DNA of 60,000 bases from Lytechinus pictus. Its lineage: Eukaryota. The notes below the pieces were generated by a model. That model was not told the origin of the DNA. It searched no databases and saw only the letters and a program-made list of their open reading frames with translations. Positions 13,237-27,206 of the stretch are shown in pieces. The stretch covers positions 18,912,001 through 18,972,000 of the forward strand of contig NC_087245.1 in NCBI RefSeq assembly GCF_037042905.1. Direction: 5' to 3'. Position 1 is the first letter of the stretch. The number at the start of each line of letters is the position of its first letter. Both the position numbers and the translations under genes were made by a program.

Positions 13237-14860
13237 TTAAGATTTGGGGAATATCAGTCATTAATTATTAGGGGAAAAATGAGGAAAATTGATTCATTCT
13301 TTCACTGGGAAGAGGGGGATTGTGTTTGTGGAACTCATGAAAACTACCAGTAGTTAAAACTGTAAGATGATGGAGAAAGAAAAGATTTGGGGGATAAGTT
13401 ACTGGGTCATGAAGCAATGGTTGTCCTGTCTATAACATTAATGTTTTATCACCCTTTTCAATCTTAATGTATCAAATGAGCAAATCAAGAGCGGAAAACC
13501 ATGTCTGGAATGAGGTCGCCTCTTGTTTCTAAGATTTAAATTGACAATCTTAGAGCATGACCTGCCAAAATCAGACCAGGTGATTTCCGCCATAATTTTT
13601 TTTTACTCTACATATAAGTCTTCAAGATTCCAATCGTTTCATATCAAGCTCAGAATCAACTTTAGTTTGAGAATGATTGAAAATGGCACATTCCTCATCC
13701 TTTTGTATGAGAAAGCCCCATATCAAGCCAAGTAAGTAATAAATTCTTCTGTTCTATGCTGATTATCATATCCTTCTTTTATTCTTATAAAAACTGACCT
13801 GAATTTGAAAAGAAAATATATTTTGTCTTCTTCAGCACTGTCAAATATTTGATAAAACATGTTTTTCTTTAAAAAAATTATAGCATTCACTTGGTATTGT
13901 TTTAATGGATAATGGATGAATTTTTCTTAATTTTATGTTGAAATCCATTGCAGTGTCGTTCTAAAAAAAAATATGGCTAAAAAAAACCTTCTTTTAGTGT
14001 ATGATTTTATGCTAATATAGTACTTTCGTGTACTTGTATATGAGCAGGGTTTTCAGTCATTTATTGACTCAATCATTGTGAATGCAACAATAACAAATAG
14101 GCCAACATTTATCACTTTATGTTCATATTCAATGTTAGGAGCCAAACGATCCTTGAGGACAATACACATGTTTGTTCATGATAGCACAGAGAATCAAACT
14201 TTGAGATGTACATGTAGATATACATATACGTGTCTTATCATCTTAATAATCACAAGGTCTAGACAAAAGAAAAATTTAAAAACACATTTCCACCTCATAA
14301 AACGCATCATTGGATGTTTATTCTTGTTACAAATGGGGGAGGGGATGAAATCTTTCTAAACTATGAACCTCAATTGAGTTCTTTGCATAGTTTTGGCAAT
14401 CTTTCCATAAGAAGGAGATTACAGAAGATAGTACTGTGGGATGATACAGTAGGACTAATTGACTATTTCACTATTTGATTCTTAGAGCAAATCCATTCTT
14501 TCAAGATTACATTATATGAGATCCTAAAGGCAATTAAATCTGAATTGAAGAATTAATGCATACATCTAATCTCTCGCATTTAAAGTATTTTCAGATTTAA
14601 GTTTTTACACTCGCAAGGATCTTTCACAATCCAAACTTTCTAATTTCATTCCCCTTACAAATTCTTTCATGAATTTCTACCTATTTTACACTCTTGTATA
14701 CTTCTTTCTTGGTAATACTTTACTCATTTTCTGTTTTCTCTTAATATCTTGATTTTGAGATGAATTTTGAGGGTTATTTTTACCGTCTTCCTTTTCCTGA
14801 TCCCACCATGTGTTTTGCCTGCCTTTTTTCACTCCATTCTCATCAATCTCTTTTCTTCAG

Positions 14861-15350
14861 GCTCAAAATGATTCCTACGTGACAGGTCAAGGGTCACACA
14901 TTGTGCAGTGCCTTCTCCAAATCTCACAGCGATCTAGTCTTCAAAAATAGACCATGTCTCTTGGCAAAAGCGCATACAATGACTGCCGCATCACCGCGAC
15001 AACCATTTTCAACAGAAATAAACAAATAATTTGCTTTATCTCTGTGGCGTATCCACACCTACAAAGGTACAGACAGCCTTATTGCATTGAGAAATCATTG
15101 CACAACCAGCCAATATGGACGAAGACGGCGTACACGAAAGCGTATGATCTGCGAACTTAGACTACAACGCCCTTCCCACCAAAGACTAGTATACGTAGAA
15201 ACGACTCTCGTTGCCGAAGATTCAACATGGCGGGTTTCTCCTTTACACGGCATGGCACTTAGTGCATGTTTAGAGACGGGGGATTTGCCACTGCAAAGTT
15301 TCAGCAATACAAGGGCATTGGCAAAATCAGCCCTCAAAGAGTTAACACTC
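14861..15350 (+). other. CpG-rich patch beginning at a strong splice acceptor: candidate exon or cis-regulatory module
   Basis: Long pyrimidine tract ending CTCTTTTCTTCAG| at 14860; DR1 AGGTCA-A-GGGTCA at 14884-14896; several short ATG ORFs including 14954-15160; many CpGs. Confidence 0.3.
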
Positions 15351-16008
15351 GTCCCTTTGATTTATATCTTAGAAGATGATTAATAAGTGTCACACTGTTA
15401 TAAAATCATCATTTATCAAGTTTTTCCTTGAGAATTAATCATTTCAAAGACTAAGATGAAATCAATCCATGAGCATAACATACTGTACGTAGTATGCATT
15501 CTTTGAAACCAGAACAATAGGGAAATATGTTTACTTAAAACATGTATATATATAGCAATGGTTTCATTACAAAAATGAAACATTAAATAGCATTAATTAC
15601 AATTCCCAATGACACTGCTTTTTATTTAAAAAAAAATATTATAATTCAACAGATCAATGGTAACAGAGGTCCTCTATGATAGGACTTGTGTGATTCTTCA
15701 ATAATCTTCATGACGTACAGGTATGTGATGTGATCAATACATGGAAATTTTGTTCAATGAATGGAGTTCTTTAAAAACCAGTTTAAACAGCATTTACACA
15801 AAGCATTCCAGTTTCTTATAAAATTCACACTCTCTTTGCTAAAATTAAATCATTTTTCAACAGTTTCTGTTGGATTTGTTCAAAAATTACTGATCTATCT
15901 ATCATTCAAAGATAACTTCATCTTCTTTATTCCTTCAACATTACTATTTTGTCTTTGAAAGAGGCATTTTCCCTTTTTTCCCTATAGTCCTATCTCGAAT
16001 ACTTCTTA

Positions 16009-16169
16009 TGCCAGAGTCACATTTCCCTTACGGCGGCCATTTGGCGAGTCGGAACAGCCGTTTTAACATATTTTATACCAGCTACATATCTTGGTTTTAA
16101 AAAAAAATTAATAAAACAGCTCTTTTCGACTCGCCGAACGCCCAACGTAGGGAGAATGTGACTGCAGCA
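16009..16169. mobile_element. Short fold-back MITE (~160 bp)
   Basis: AGTCACATTTCCCTTACG..GGCGAGTCGGAACAGCCGTTTTA mirrored by TAAAACAGCTCTTTTCGACTCGCC..CGTAGGGAGAATGTGACT. Confidence 0.8.
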
Positions 16170-16669
16170 CTAATGTCTTCTCCATTTTCTATGCAACTCT
16201 GGCTACAAGGGTTTGGAATTCTCGTACTTGACTGTCTGGACATATGAAAAATATTAAAATTGTATGGCTCCTTTCTTTGATAAAATTGGGTTCTAGCAAG
16301 ATAAAATGAGAGAAATGTATGAGAATACCATTATTTCTTCAGGTAAGATATGTTCTGTGACAGATAAAGACAATTTGTGTAAAGTTCTTACGTAAAAAAT
16401 AACTAAATACTTTCCACATTGTCTCTTGACTGTATATAAATGTTCACTTTCCTTCACTTTCGTGCAATGATTTCCCCCACAGTGTTGCAACAATTTCTAC
16501 ATTTGAGTGAGTTAAATAAAATTATCATCATGGTCAACACATCTCTCCATATGTTAAACGCATTGTGTTGTTAAAATGCTATCACATTCACTAGCCAATC
16601 ACTGGAGTATCATTATTATTATTTTATAGATAATCAATTCACAAGTGAAATATTATCACTAAATTACAC

Positions 16670-16689
16670 GGGGGGGGGGGGGGGGGGGG
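16670..16689 (+). repeat. poly-G tract (G20)
   Basis: Read directly; other G/C runs of about 10 or more near 531, 18902, 22271, 25944, 41329, 47553, 48553, 48717. Confidence 0.95.
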
Positions 16690-17437
16690 TCTCATGGTGA
16701 TTCCGCCCCCTTAATAATCACATCCCTATACATTGCCATGTTAAAGCTCATCCAATGTTGCAGATTCACACTGTAGGTTTTGAAAACAAGCCCTGAAAAA
16801 ATTGTTTGCTCCATAATTATTCAAGTATATACATGTAGGTTTGCTTGTTTCTCACAGTCTGTGAATTGTGCATTTGTGCATTCTTCTCATAATTTTCTTT
16901 ATTTTTCAATTCAAGTTTGACGGAATGATCAGTGTCACTTTTATTTATTTCTATCTATTAAATAAACTATTCGTTGTGGTGGACTTACAATTTAAACCAT
17001 ATGCAAGCACTATTCGATGAAAACAATGTGTTTAATGCCCCTACATGTACATTGCATGCTGTCTTGTTTTCATTCCATATCAATTGAGTGGGTTCTGTGG
17101 TTTAGACAACTTAATCTCTTTATGTTGAAATTGTCAACCTTATTTGTGTTATTAATTCTGTGTAAGACCATCCCAATATCTTTCTCAGTACTGCTCTGCA
17201 CATCGTAATAGAGATTTAAAAAAATACAAGCTCCTATTCTATTGTAATTTCAGATATAGTTTCATGGTTTGATCAGCATTGTTTTAAGGATAGAGCTACT
17301 GAAAACATTGTGCACTTTATTGACCTCTTCAAATCCTTTATGAAATATAGCACATCAGCATTTTTTTAAAACCACAATGTTGTGGCTATCTCTATCCTGA
17401 GACTACAAATGAAAACAATGATCAACCCTTTTCCTTA

Positions 17438-17615
17438 CACTGTAAAAATACTGTTTAAAAAATTTCAAGCAACACTGTTTTAAGCTTGTCACCCTTACAT
17501 CTATTATTGTAACAACTTTAAAACAAGTTGTTTTTTAAGTTTAAACAAACAGTAGTTGTTGGAGCAAGGGGCTTAAACAGCATTGCTTAAAATTTTCAAT
17601 AGCGTTTTTACAAGG
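17438..17615. mobile_element. Degenerate CACTG-terminated fold-back MITE
   Basis: TA|CACTGTAAAAATACTGTT... with mirrored AAACAGCATTGCTTAAAATTTT..GCGTTTTTACA; right terminus decayed. Confidence 0.6.
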
Positions 17616-19156
17616 GAAACTTAACAGCATAATTAACAACTAATATTACTTTAATTTTTACTTCTCTTACCTTTAAACACCCAACAAACCTTACTTTTAA
17701 CTTATAGTTCTCCTATGATCATCAAATCCTCTATACATCAAAATATTTCTTTAACTTCTGCAAATACTACATTGAAGATCATTACAGAATCTCACTATTT
17801 TGCATCATCATACAAACTTTTTCAGGAATTCAAGAAAATGGGATTGCTGAGTGCTGACCTAACCCCCGCCCAACCCCCATCCATCCCTTTGAACCCAGCA
17901 GGGAAAAAATATTTGTTTTAGGTTATTGGTTTTACGCTATCTTCAACAAACTTCTCAATGTAAATATATAACACAAAATAATATTTGGTGAACCTTACAC
18001 AGCAACCACAAGAGTAGCCAATATGAAATTTTAATTGCATTTCCATTATTCTCCACCAACTTGGATTCATTATTTCTATCAAAGGCATAACAGGTCACAT
18101 TTCTGGAGCAGAGGATGCTATTTATACATTACAACCTCATGGCCAAAGAGTCAGCTTCTTTAAATGATCTAGTTTCTCTGTCTTACCCAAAACAGGACAT
18201 ACATGTAGAAAATATAAAAAAAGGCTATAAAAAGAAAATGAACTATAGAAGAAAACTGATCAATCTTGATCTTTAAACCAATCTTATAGGCCTACAAATA
18301 TCCAAATCATGTATTCTGTTATATTTACCACAAAAGATCTTGCATTTTTGTGTCAAATATATATTATATATAAAATATATAAGCGAATTAGATTTTACAT
18401 ATCTCTGAAGGTTTTCATTTATAATCTGGAAATAGAGTTTAACTAAAAAAGAATATGAAAAAAGACAAATGAGAAATTTTCACATCAATGTGATCTAACC
18501 TATGGCAACTGAGTTTTAGAAAATGGGAATATGCAGTCAGAAAAAAATATTCTATTGAAATTATAGGTTAGAAATTATTTTACAAAATCAATTCACAGTT
18601 TAATTAGATGAAATAGGCTAAATACAGACAAGGTGGTTTAGATGTTTCTTTTACATCTTTTTCATGCCTCTTTTATTCCTGTGTCATTGTGCAACTCAAT
18701 TTACATTATCCTCACTTTGTAACAAAGATATGCAGCATTTTCCTTCAATCTTTTTAGTGACCAACCTTCGTTCTTCGCATTCTCAGCCAAATTTCTAGCA
18801 CATTCATAACTTTCTGACTTCTGATCTTACGCTCCAGGCAAAAATGCTGAATAATTTAATTAAATTTAAGGACACTTTTCTGCAATAAGAAATATGTCAT
18901 AGGGGGGGGGGGGGTACCAAAAAACATTCCTCATCCAATTTGAATTACAGGACACTGTTTGTTGCTAGTTCAATACAAATAAAGATATGGATACAACTCG
19001 TGGTTTGCGTATATAGGCCTACATGAAAAGAAGATATTTTTGGATTTCACTTTTTATTCACACTTTCTTCTATTAGGGGTATCTCAGTCAAGCTAACAAC
19101 ATTCAAGGTGGTAGTCCGTACACAGTGGAGTCAGGAGCCAAGGAGGGGATACTTAC

Positions 19157-19220
19157 ACACAACACGCATCTTGTCCTCTGCCGACTTGCCCTGAAGTTTC
19201 CTCTCCGTCTTGCCCGACAT
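19157..19220 (-). CDS. Candidate first coding exon MSGKTERKLQGKSAEDKMRVV (phase 1) of an unidentified gene
   Basis: ATG at 19220 downstream of an in-frame TAG; 21 codons + 1 nt, then consensus donor GTAAGT (19156-19151); lies in the largest CpG-rich patch of the window. An alternative frame MYAVG...DACC (phase 2) is also open to this donor. Confidence 0.45.
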
Positions 19221-19639
19221 GAGAAAAACCTGGTCCGCCGAACCACGACGCTCTACGATAGCCAACAGTACCTCCTAGAGTATATCCAACCGCATACATG
19301 TACGGCAGGGCACAGCACCGATATCCAGAACAGATATGATTTCCGTTGCTTCAATAGCAAGAGGGGGGCTGGCTATGCCTACACCCTATGCATGAACGTA
19401 GGCCACATGAACATCATCAAGAAAAGGGGATCGGATGGAGATGAAATATCTGGGAAACACAGAGTCCTGGTCAAATGGTAGTTCCACGTGAACGATTCCA
19501 AGGGATCAATAGGGATGGCTAATTCCTTGGATTGGGAAATCTTTGTTGGCAAGAATACGCAGGTCCACACCACTTTTACAGTCCCATGCTACCGATTCAA
19601 AGGCAACCTCGAGCTCGATCCATCAAGGCTTCTGTGAAA

Positions 19640-20300
19640 CTCTTTGGAAGAATGAATGAATGACTGCGTGAGAGCAAGACCGATCCCAGCCGAATGCACG
19701 AGAAAGAGAAAAAGAGAACGATCACTAGTCGGTCGTGGTCTGCATTTAGAAATCCCGCACAGCCGGCGAGTAGCGCTTCATGTGATGTCCCGCTATTCCT
19801 CTACAGAAATAGCAGGGAAGCCTTGCTGACTGCTTATATTGTGAATGAAGAACACACTGACTTGCGTACAACAACCAACGTACAACGCACATGGACATGA
19901 CCTGCAATGATAGGGCGCTCCCAGCTTTACCGGTATCTGGATTCCCCTATTTATTCTACACTGATACCACACGTACATGCTATGCACATGTGTTCAATGC
20001 ATCTAAAATGTGTGTGTGTATAGAAGTGTGTGTTAATGCTCAGTCATTGATATGACTGTGTTTGCGTTCTGTGAGTGTGGGCAAATGGAGAGAGAAGAAG
20101 AGAGAAAGAGAGAAAAGGAGAGAGGGAACCAGAGAGAATGAAGGGGGTAAAAAAGAGAGCCTTGGTGAGCTCATTTCGGTAACCTGCTATGTACGCACTC
20201 CCCATGCTGAGCTCCATTGTGTGTGTACATGGTGGTAAATGCGTTCTGTCCAAGCTTTACACACACACACACACACAAATGTACAGTGAATAGAGCTCCT
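19640..20300 (-). promoter_or_regulatory. Putative promoter region of the minus-strand exon ending at 19157
   Basis: CpG-rich; minus-strand CT-rich tracts followed by Inr-like GCAGTCATTC (~19664) and ACAGTCATATC (~20057); (AC)n at 20259-20277. Confidence 0.4.
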
Positions 20301-21007
20301 ACGAAACACTCCACGCTTTATAATGCCCTTTGAACAGGCTCGTGACCTCAACCAGGCTGGGAAAAAGATTTACATTAGTCTCATTCCTCAGACCCTACAT
20401 AGAATTGGGCAAAAGGAATCAAAATTCATATTCAACAGAATCTTCCAAGCGAAATCGATGAATATCACAATATTCAAGTTTTCAAAGCCATTTAGTAATA
20501 GTAATAAATGGTAAATAAAGAAATTCTCACACCATATAATTCATAAATATACCCGGTCCACATTCCCTTATGTCAGGAATACAGGCTTTAAATACCCAAT
20601 ATTTATAACGCGCATTTCCGAAATGGCAGAAAGCGCTTACAAATTCAAATTCATACAAACAAAGTAAGACAAATACAGAATGCCAGACAAATACAGAATG
20701 CCATACATATAAAATGAAGGCAACTGCCTAGAACAAAAAAAATATCAATAAACAGATTTGAAATTTAGTTTCATAGTGTTTTCTGTTATTCATTTATTTA
20801 ATTCATTTAAAGTCAATACATAAAAAAGCATTTGGAAGTATATAAATATGGCTTTACTATATATTCTAAGTGTGGTTTTAAAAAAATGTGATTATGCCTG
20901 TACAGCAAAGTAGTAGTACCACCATCCCTGGGGAAAGTACATAACTTTGCCACAAGAATACAATAACACTTGTAAGTTGCACTATAGGTCTCACAAAATC
21001 ATCTTTA

Positions 21008-21405
21008 GGGCCGTCTGCACCAGCTCGAGTTTTCAAATTAGCGCGCTATTTCTGATCCGGCAAATTATCCCGATCTGAACAATCCCGAGATTATTTGTAT
21101 TGGAGACACAATTATCGCGCTAGTTCGTAGGATTAATCTCGAGATTGCAATTCCAAGTCAACTTGGGATTATTTGCAACATAGCGTGCTATTTTACGAAT
21201 TATCCTGCTAATTCGCAGGTGCAGATACACTCGGGATTATTTATTCACGGCGTCAGACCATAATGCATCGATGCCTCGCTCAAGCAGGAATCGCTCTTCT
21301 CGTGGTGGTGGAGACGGAGTTTGGTGAATCTCGAGATTATCGCGAAGAGGGCTGATTGGGGTAAAATCTCGAGATTGAGCAAACTCGGGCTGGTGCAGCG
21401 CTGCC
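21008..21405. mobile_element. MITE, ~400 bp (Harbinger-like or TA-targeting)
   Basis: TA|GGGCCGTCTGCACCAGCTCGAGTTT ... AAACTCGGGCTGGTGCAGCGCTGCC|TA; repeated ATCTCGAGATT/GGGATTA motifs; CpG-rich. Confidence 0.85.
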
Positions 21406-21791
21406 TATTGGGTTCAATAACACTGTAATTTGGAATGAACATCTGAAGAAAAAAAATAGCCTTGTATGTAAATTCTGATTTTCCAGCTCATAAGCAATCC
21501 TGTCTTGCTAAATAGGGCCTGTTGTTACAATAATGGGTGTATAAATACCGGTATACAGGTTATATACAGCCATATCTGTGTACAGAAAGTAGACAGACAG
21601 GCCCACTGTTGAAAATGGGTCTGATGTATCATACTTTTCATATTTCATTTTCAATTCATCTCCCTTCCATTTGGCCCTGATCAGGGAGAGAGAAAATAAC
21701 AAGCCTTGACCTCAAGGGGGCTCATTTCAGCACCAGTCAACAAAAGACAGGAAAAACAGAGACAATATGGAGGGCAGTCAGACAGACAAGT

Positions 21792-21900
21792 GAGAGAGAG
21801 AGAGAGAGGGAGAAAAGGAGAAGAGAGGAGAGAGAGAGGGGTGCAGTACAATTAGATGAAAAATTGGGGGAAAATATAGTAAAGAGAGAGGGAGAGAGAA
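21792..21900 (+). repeat. GA-rich simple repeat
   Basis: (GA)n and GA-rich tract read directly. Confidence 0.85.
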
Positions 21901-22069
21901 CAAGAAAATGGGAAGAAAGATGAATATGATATGGTTCATTAGGTTCAGACTTTCGATCTAGTCTCTCTTTTAAGGCTCCTAATATCTGAAAGAATCCCAA
22001 CTTGAACTCTTATACAACATATATTGTACATAATTGACTGCTTTCCCTCAGTTATTTTCTTATGACTGA

Positions 22070-22388
22070 AGCCGGTGCATTGTATGTAAACGTCTTTCCC
22101 ATGTTTCATAGATGCAGGCTATGATACAATGGAAAACACTCCGTCCCTCGTATAGGACATTAAATTGAGGCCCCGTGTAGAGGAGAGTCACCACCTTTGC
22201 ACGATAAGAACCCAATGCACTATTCGTATAAGAGTAGGGGGAAACCCCAGTGTAGTGGTCCACCTGCACTCCCCCCCCCCCCATCAGTTATATCGGGAGG
22301 AGAGACCTGCGGGTCATAATGATTCAGTTCGCTTTTCGCCTCCCAGGCACAGGTGACGCCAAACAAATAATAATAATGATAAGAAGAA
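22070..22388 (+). mobile_element. 5'-truncated SINE with Deu/Nin-type conserved central domain
   Basis: CCGTCCCTCGTATAGGACATTAAATTGAGGCCCCG...GCACGATAAGAACCCAATGCACTATTCGTATAAGAGTAGGGGGAAACCCCAGTGT resembles the Deu/Nin SINE core as I recall it; (AAT)n tail at 22366-22382; no intact A/B boxes. Confidence 0.7.
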
Positions 22389-25300
22389 TTTAACAAATAA
22401 TATATTGGATTGTTAATATTAGATTTAAGGAAAAACTTACTAATTAAATGCAAATATTCTAAAACGATACCGTCTCACAAATAGCTTGGGCCTATAGTTT
22501 TCGGCAGGTATAAAGGCAAATATTATACTTTGACCAGGATTGTTGTCATGATAACCGCAAACCTTTCTGTCTGAGATATTGATACATTTACAATAGAGGA
22601 TTTATATCTCTATAGCATACCATCACAACATTTAACAAATTTCAGCCAGCATAGCTCTCTTTGTTTGGGCATGCTGCTGCTTCAGCCTGCCCACAACTTC
22701 TACCCATCAGGCACTCTCACGCATGATATAAGACAAACATCAAATATTGTCACTTTTTAACATTTCCATTTCTTTTAAAGCTTTCAGGTATTTGATAATT
22801 AGGGCCTGCGTACTACAATAGGAAATTGCTATGCCTCTCTTCCATCAGAAGCAAACTGTCTACTTCCAATAACATTGATTAATCAAATTTTTGGCATATA
22901 GGACTAAAAATTCAATTTCATGTCGCATATGTTCCTACTGCTATATTGTTTATACATGGCTGAATTAGTTCACCAAACCTTAAATTTAACTACAAACCTC
23001 ACTCTAATACTTAAATCAAACACTCATGCATAACCCCTCAGCAAAATACTTTTTACCCTCAGATAACCCCTTACAAAAACTTCAAACCTGGGATGACTCA
23101 GCAAGCAATCCATAGCACTTCCAAAAGTTCCCTCATGCAAGCAACTATCACCCCTCCCCCCACCCCTTTCAGTTTCAAGAGTACGTTCGCAATCACACGT
23201 TCAAGTTCATGGTCTGAACACCATAGACTATCAAAGCTCAAAGGGGTTATCATCTGTTTTGCGGTTTTGAGCGGTTTTGGTTCACTTTGTCTCCTCCTCC
23301 TGGGTGGTGGTTGGGGGGAAGGAGGGGGGGGGGTCTTTAGGAAAGGAGGGTGTTATGTCCCATTCATAAAAACTGGGTTGATGAATTGCAGAACAATCAT
23401 AAACACACTCCAATTTGAAAGCCCAAATGAGAAGATCAGAACATGGAGGAAATTTGCAGAATGCTGATCAACCCCCATCTCTCTATATTCATACCACCCC
23501 ACATCCACACCCCTTGTCTGCCTTCTTGAAAAAAAAAACCTGAGAGGGAGAAAAAAAAATCAATTTTCAAGCTTCATTAAACTTAATCGGCATGGGTCTT
23601 TTTCCATATGGTTGCCACTGATACATTATAGTGCTTAATATAATCTTCATGCTAAGTCATTTTGGAAATTTTCAGGCTTTTAGCTACAGTTTTTATTGTT
23701 TCTTGTTCTGATCAGAAATTCAATGATAAGAATAATTTGCATGAAACATATTTCAAATACTGTGACACTTCAGTGGAAATATAGGCATATATGAGTGGGG
23801 GTTTAACCAATATTCCACTCTTGATATGTGGTTTTACAGCTTCATAGTCAAATAATTCAAAAGATCACATATCATTAACTACCACTTTCTATTATATTCA
23901 GTGGTACAAACACCCAATGATGGCAGCCCCCTGCACAGCTGTTTATAGTGCTCTGTATCAATGTCACATAAACAGGAATGTCAATTTATTTATATGAGGG
24001 TGACTTTTCAGATGGAACCTGCAGTAAAATTTGTTGTATATTTTAGTCACTCTTTCCTTATAGCTATTTCAGAGCAAATTTTGCTCAGACAAACATCATC
24101 TGGTTTTGATAATTTATGGTCAAACATTAAGTATAAAGTTATGTTCATTGTAGCACCAATTCACCAACTTACTAATGACTGAACCTTAATCTTTCATGTC
24201 AGAAATATACATGACATGATTAGCAATTCAATGATTGTAAAGACTTCCTCAAGAAATTTATTGCTCTCAATGCTTACTTCAACTTGGTTATAAGCCCTTG
24301 TATCTCCAAACAAGGCATTTATTATTGCGGAAAGTTACGACCCTCCCTGACTGGCACTATCTTTTAATAGATTTACGTCACACACCATTAATGTATTCAA
24401 ACAATGAGCCCATGCTGACTATAGGACCCAAAGTCCTCTATCAGATATGATTATAATAATTGACCCTACTTTGACCTCCTTGACACATTAACTATCAACA
24501 TGAAAGAGAAAGGTTATTCACAGGTTAGTCAGAGCAAAAGAGTAATCAATACTCTTACCAGGCAGGAATCGGAACCCTGGACCCCGTTTCACAAAACCCT
24601 TCATCAACATTGAATTCATGAATTCTATGACTACTTCCAACTCCGCCAATCAAATGGCAAGAATTCTGTATGCTACGTCATAGAAAATAAGCTGGTAACT
24701 AGTCATTGATAAAAAATAAGTTTCATAAAACAGGGGCAAGGATTTTAATAGCTTTGTCATTTTAGGGCAACAAGGGTGTACGAGTGTACAAATAGTGGAT
24801 GTCAAAGTCCTTTTGGCAATGATGTCAGTGGTATTCAGTACCCAAGATGGTTTAGAATTATCTTTTTGAATCAATGTCTACTTAAATTATTGCAATTACT
24901 TCAATACCTATGCATACTTTTACACATAATTGGCTGATAATTGTTTGCTTTCGGTTGATTTTGTATATTTCAATGAAAATTTTGAATGTATGCTTTGAGT
25001 TTGCTAAAACTTCGAACTTCCAGGAATTGTTTTTTATGTATTTTCATGGATGACATAAACTCGATTGAAGTGAATTAAATTGAATAAGAACTTGAATGTG
25101 ACTTTCCCCCTATCATTCACCACCCCAAGAATTCATTAATATACTCTCAGCATTATTGTACTATTAAAATAAGTCCCTAAGCAAAAAAAATGCACATACC
25201 AGTACAATGTATTGTCTGCTACAAGCCCTGCACAGGACAGACCAGATTTTTTTTCCTTTTATTTTTTACTTCATGGATACAATGCAATGCCTTCTTTTTT

Positions 25301-25755
25301 TCATGCTGCCCCCTTCATCGATCAACCTTGGACCAAGTGGGAGAAATAAGTATGTAATAAAATTGTGATTATTGCATGGCAATGAACTGAACCTTGTACA
25401 CTTGGGGTGGCTGGCAGCTTTGAACACGCTCATTAATGACAGAGAGAATACATGCCATAAATACTTTAAACCTCCCAACTAAGCTTCTGGTTCTACTGTA
25501 TTTTTTAAAGTATAGATCCTTCTGTGGTGGAGGCGTAAGCATAAAGCATGTACAGCTGACAGCTTATATATCACATTATGGGAGGCGGGTATGGTTTGCT
25601 TCTATGGGAAAGGGAAGGTGGGAAATCAGGTATATTTAGGTATGGGCGGAGGATCTGGATGGTGTGGCACAGAGCTATGGTTGGTGGGAGGGGTTAGAAT
25701 TTGGGTGGAAATACTCCATTCACTGGTTACCAAGAATGAAAGTAAATGAGAGCTG

Positions 25756-25901
25756 GGGTCCGTTGCAGAAAGAGTTGCGTTTAAACGCAAGTCAAAAAAA
25801 TCAATCGCAAGTCTCAAATGCGCGCTGTTGATTGGTTGAAAATCAAGTTGCGCATGATTTTTAAAGTTGCGATTGATTGCAACTCTTTCTGCAACGGGCC
25901 C
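25756..25901. mobile_element. Short CWG-flanked MITE (PIF/Harbinger-like)
   Basis: CTG|GGGTCCGTTGCAGAAAGAGTTGC ... GCAACTCTTTCTGCAACGGGCCC|CAG. Confidence 0.9.
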
Positions 25902-27206
25902 CAGGATTGATTGATAGGGGATTGGAAGTGGGCAGGAGGCTAGAGGGGGGGGGGGGGCTTGGAGAGGGCGTGGTAGAGAGCTAGGATGGGTGGGGTGTAT
26001 AGAAGAGAAGTAGACTACAGGTTTCTGTTTAGAAGGTCCCAAACTTATTTTCTAAATTTCAATAAAAGCTTTTTGTATTGATGTTCTTTCTGATCAAGGA
26101 CAAACATAAATGAGTTGGATAAAAATAAATGAGAGTTGGATTTAAGAGTACAGTGGATTGAGGTGTGTCAGTGGGCTGGTAGGGGGCTGGAAGTGGATGA
26201 GGGAGAAACTTGCAAGTTTTTGAGAAATGCATGTGTTTGCTCTAGAGATGGTCTATGTTGGTCAAAAGAAAGGGTCAATCAAATCCACTATATGAATACC
26301 ATTCATATTGAGTCATAAACAAAATACCCACCCAGACATTGCAAACAAAGAAAAAAAACTAATAGTATTATTTCACATCTCTTTCTACGTAACCCAAGAA
26401 ACCTCTTAAAAATAATTCTTGACAGATAATTATTAATTTGTTCTTTAGGATCGTTGATAATTTGATACACATTGAATTGTAAAATAAATTAAATTATTTA
26501 CAGTAGGAATAATAAATATCATGATAACAATTTGAAAAGAGCAAGATATAATTGGTAAAGTACATCATGCAGGGAGTCGCCCAAGACAATCTGCTGTTAT
26601 TCATTTGCTTTGCAAGTTTTTTTCTGGCACTGGAAAGAGGACAATAAGAGCAACAATAGAGGGCGATGAACGATTGGTCACCGACCGAGACTTTTTTTTG
26701 TAATAGCAAAAAACACTCCCCCTTCTTCTTTTTCATACCAGGCCGTCTACAGCAGAGTATTCACTGAGCTCCACTCACCACAAAGAGCACCATCTTAAAA
26801 TTCGATTCCAACCAATCAACACTTTCTACACCACAAACTCACCTCTAGTCTTCTCTCTTATCCCATCACTCTTTATTCTTTTTTCTCTTTTTCTCTCTCT
26901 CTCTCTTTTCTTTTTCTCCCTTTTCATGTAGCTCATACTTCTCTTCCCCTCTTTCCTTGAGATTCATTCATTCTCTTTCTCAACCAACCATCTTCCCTTC
27001 CCCTTCCATGGACCACCTTATCCTCTTGCCTTCCCAATATCTGAATGAGGTATTCCACAAGAAGATACACACATCATTACATTGAACATGGGGATTGACA
27101 AACGGAAGAGCACCTCAAAAACATCACACCTGTTTTAAAAGAAAAAGGCTCTGGTCTCTGGAAGCATGGTGAGCGTCTTTAAGACTCGGTTTGAAGAGCA
27201 TCTTAC

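Noticed and set aside
25626..26042. 138-aa proline-rich ORF
   Set aside because: Spans poly-G tracts and a MITE, and has a non-ATG start.
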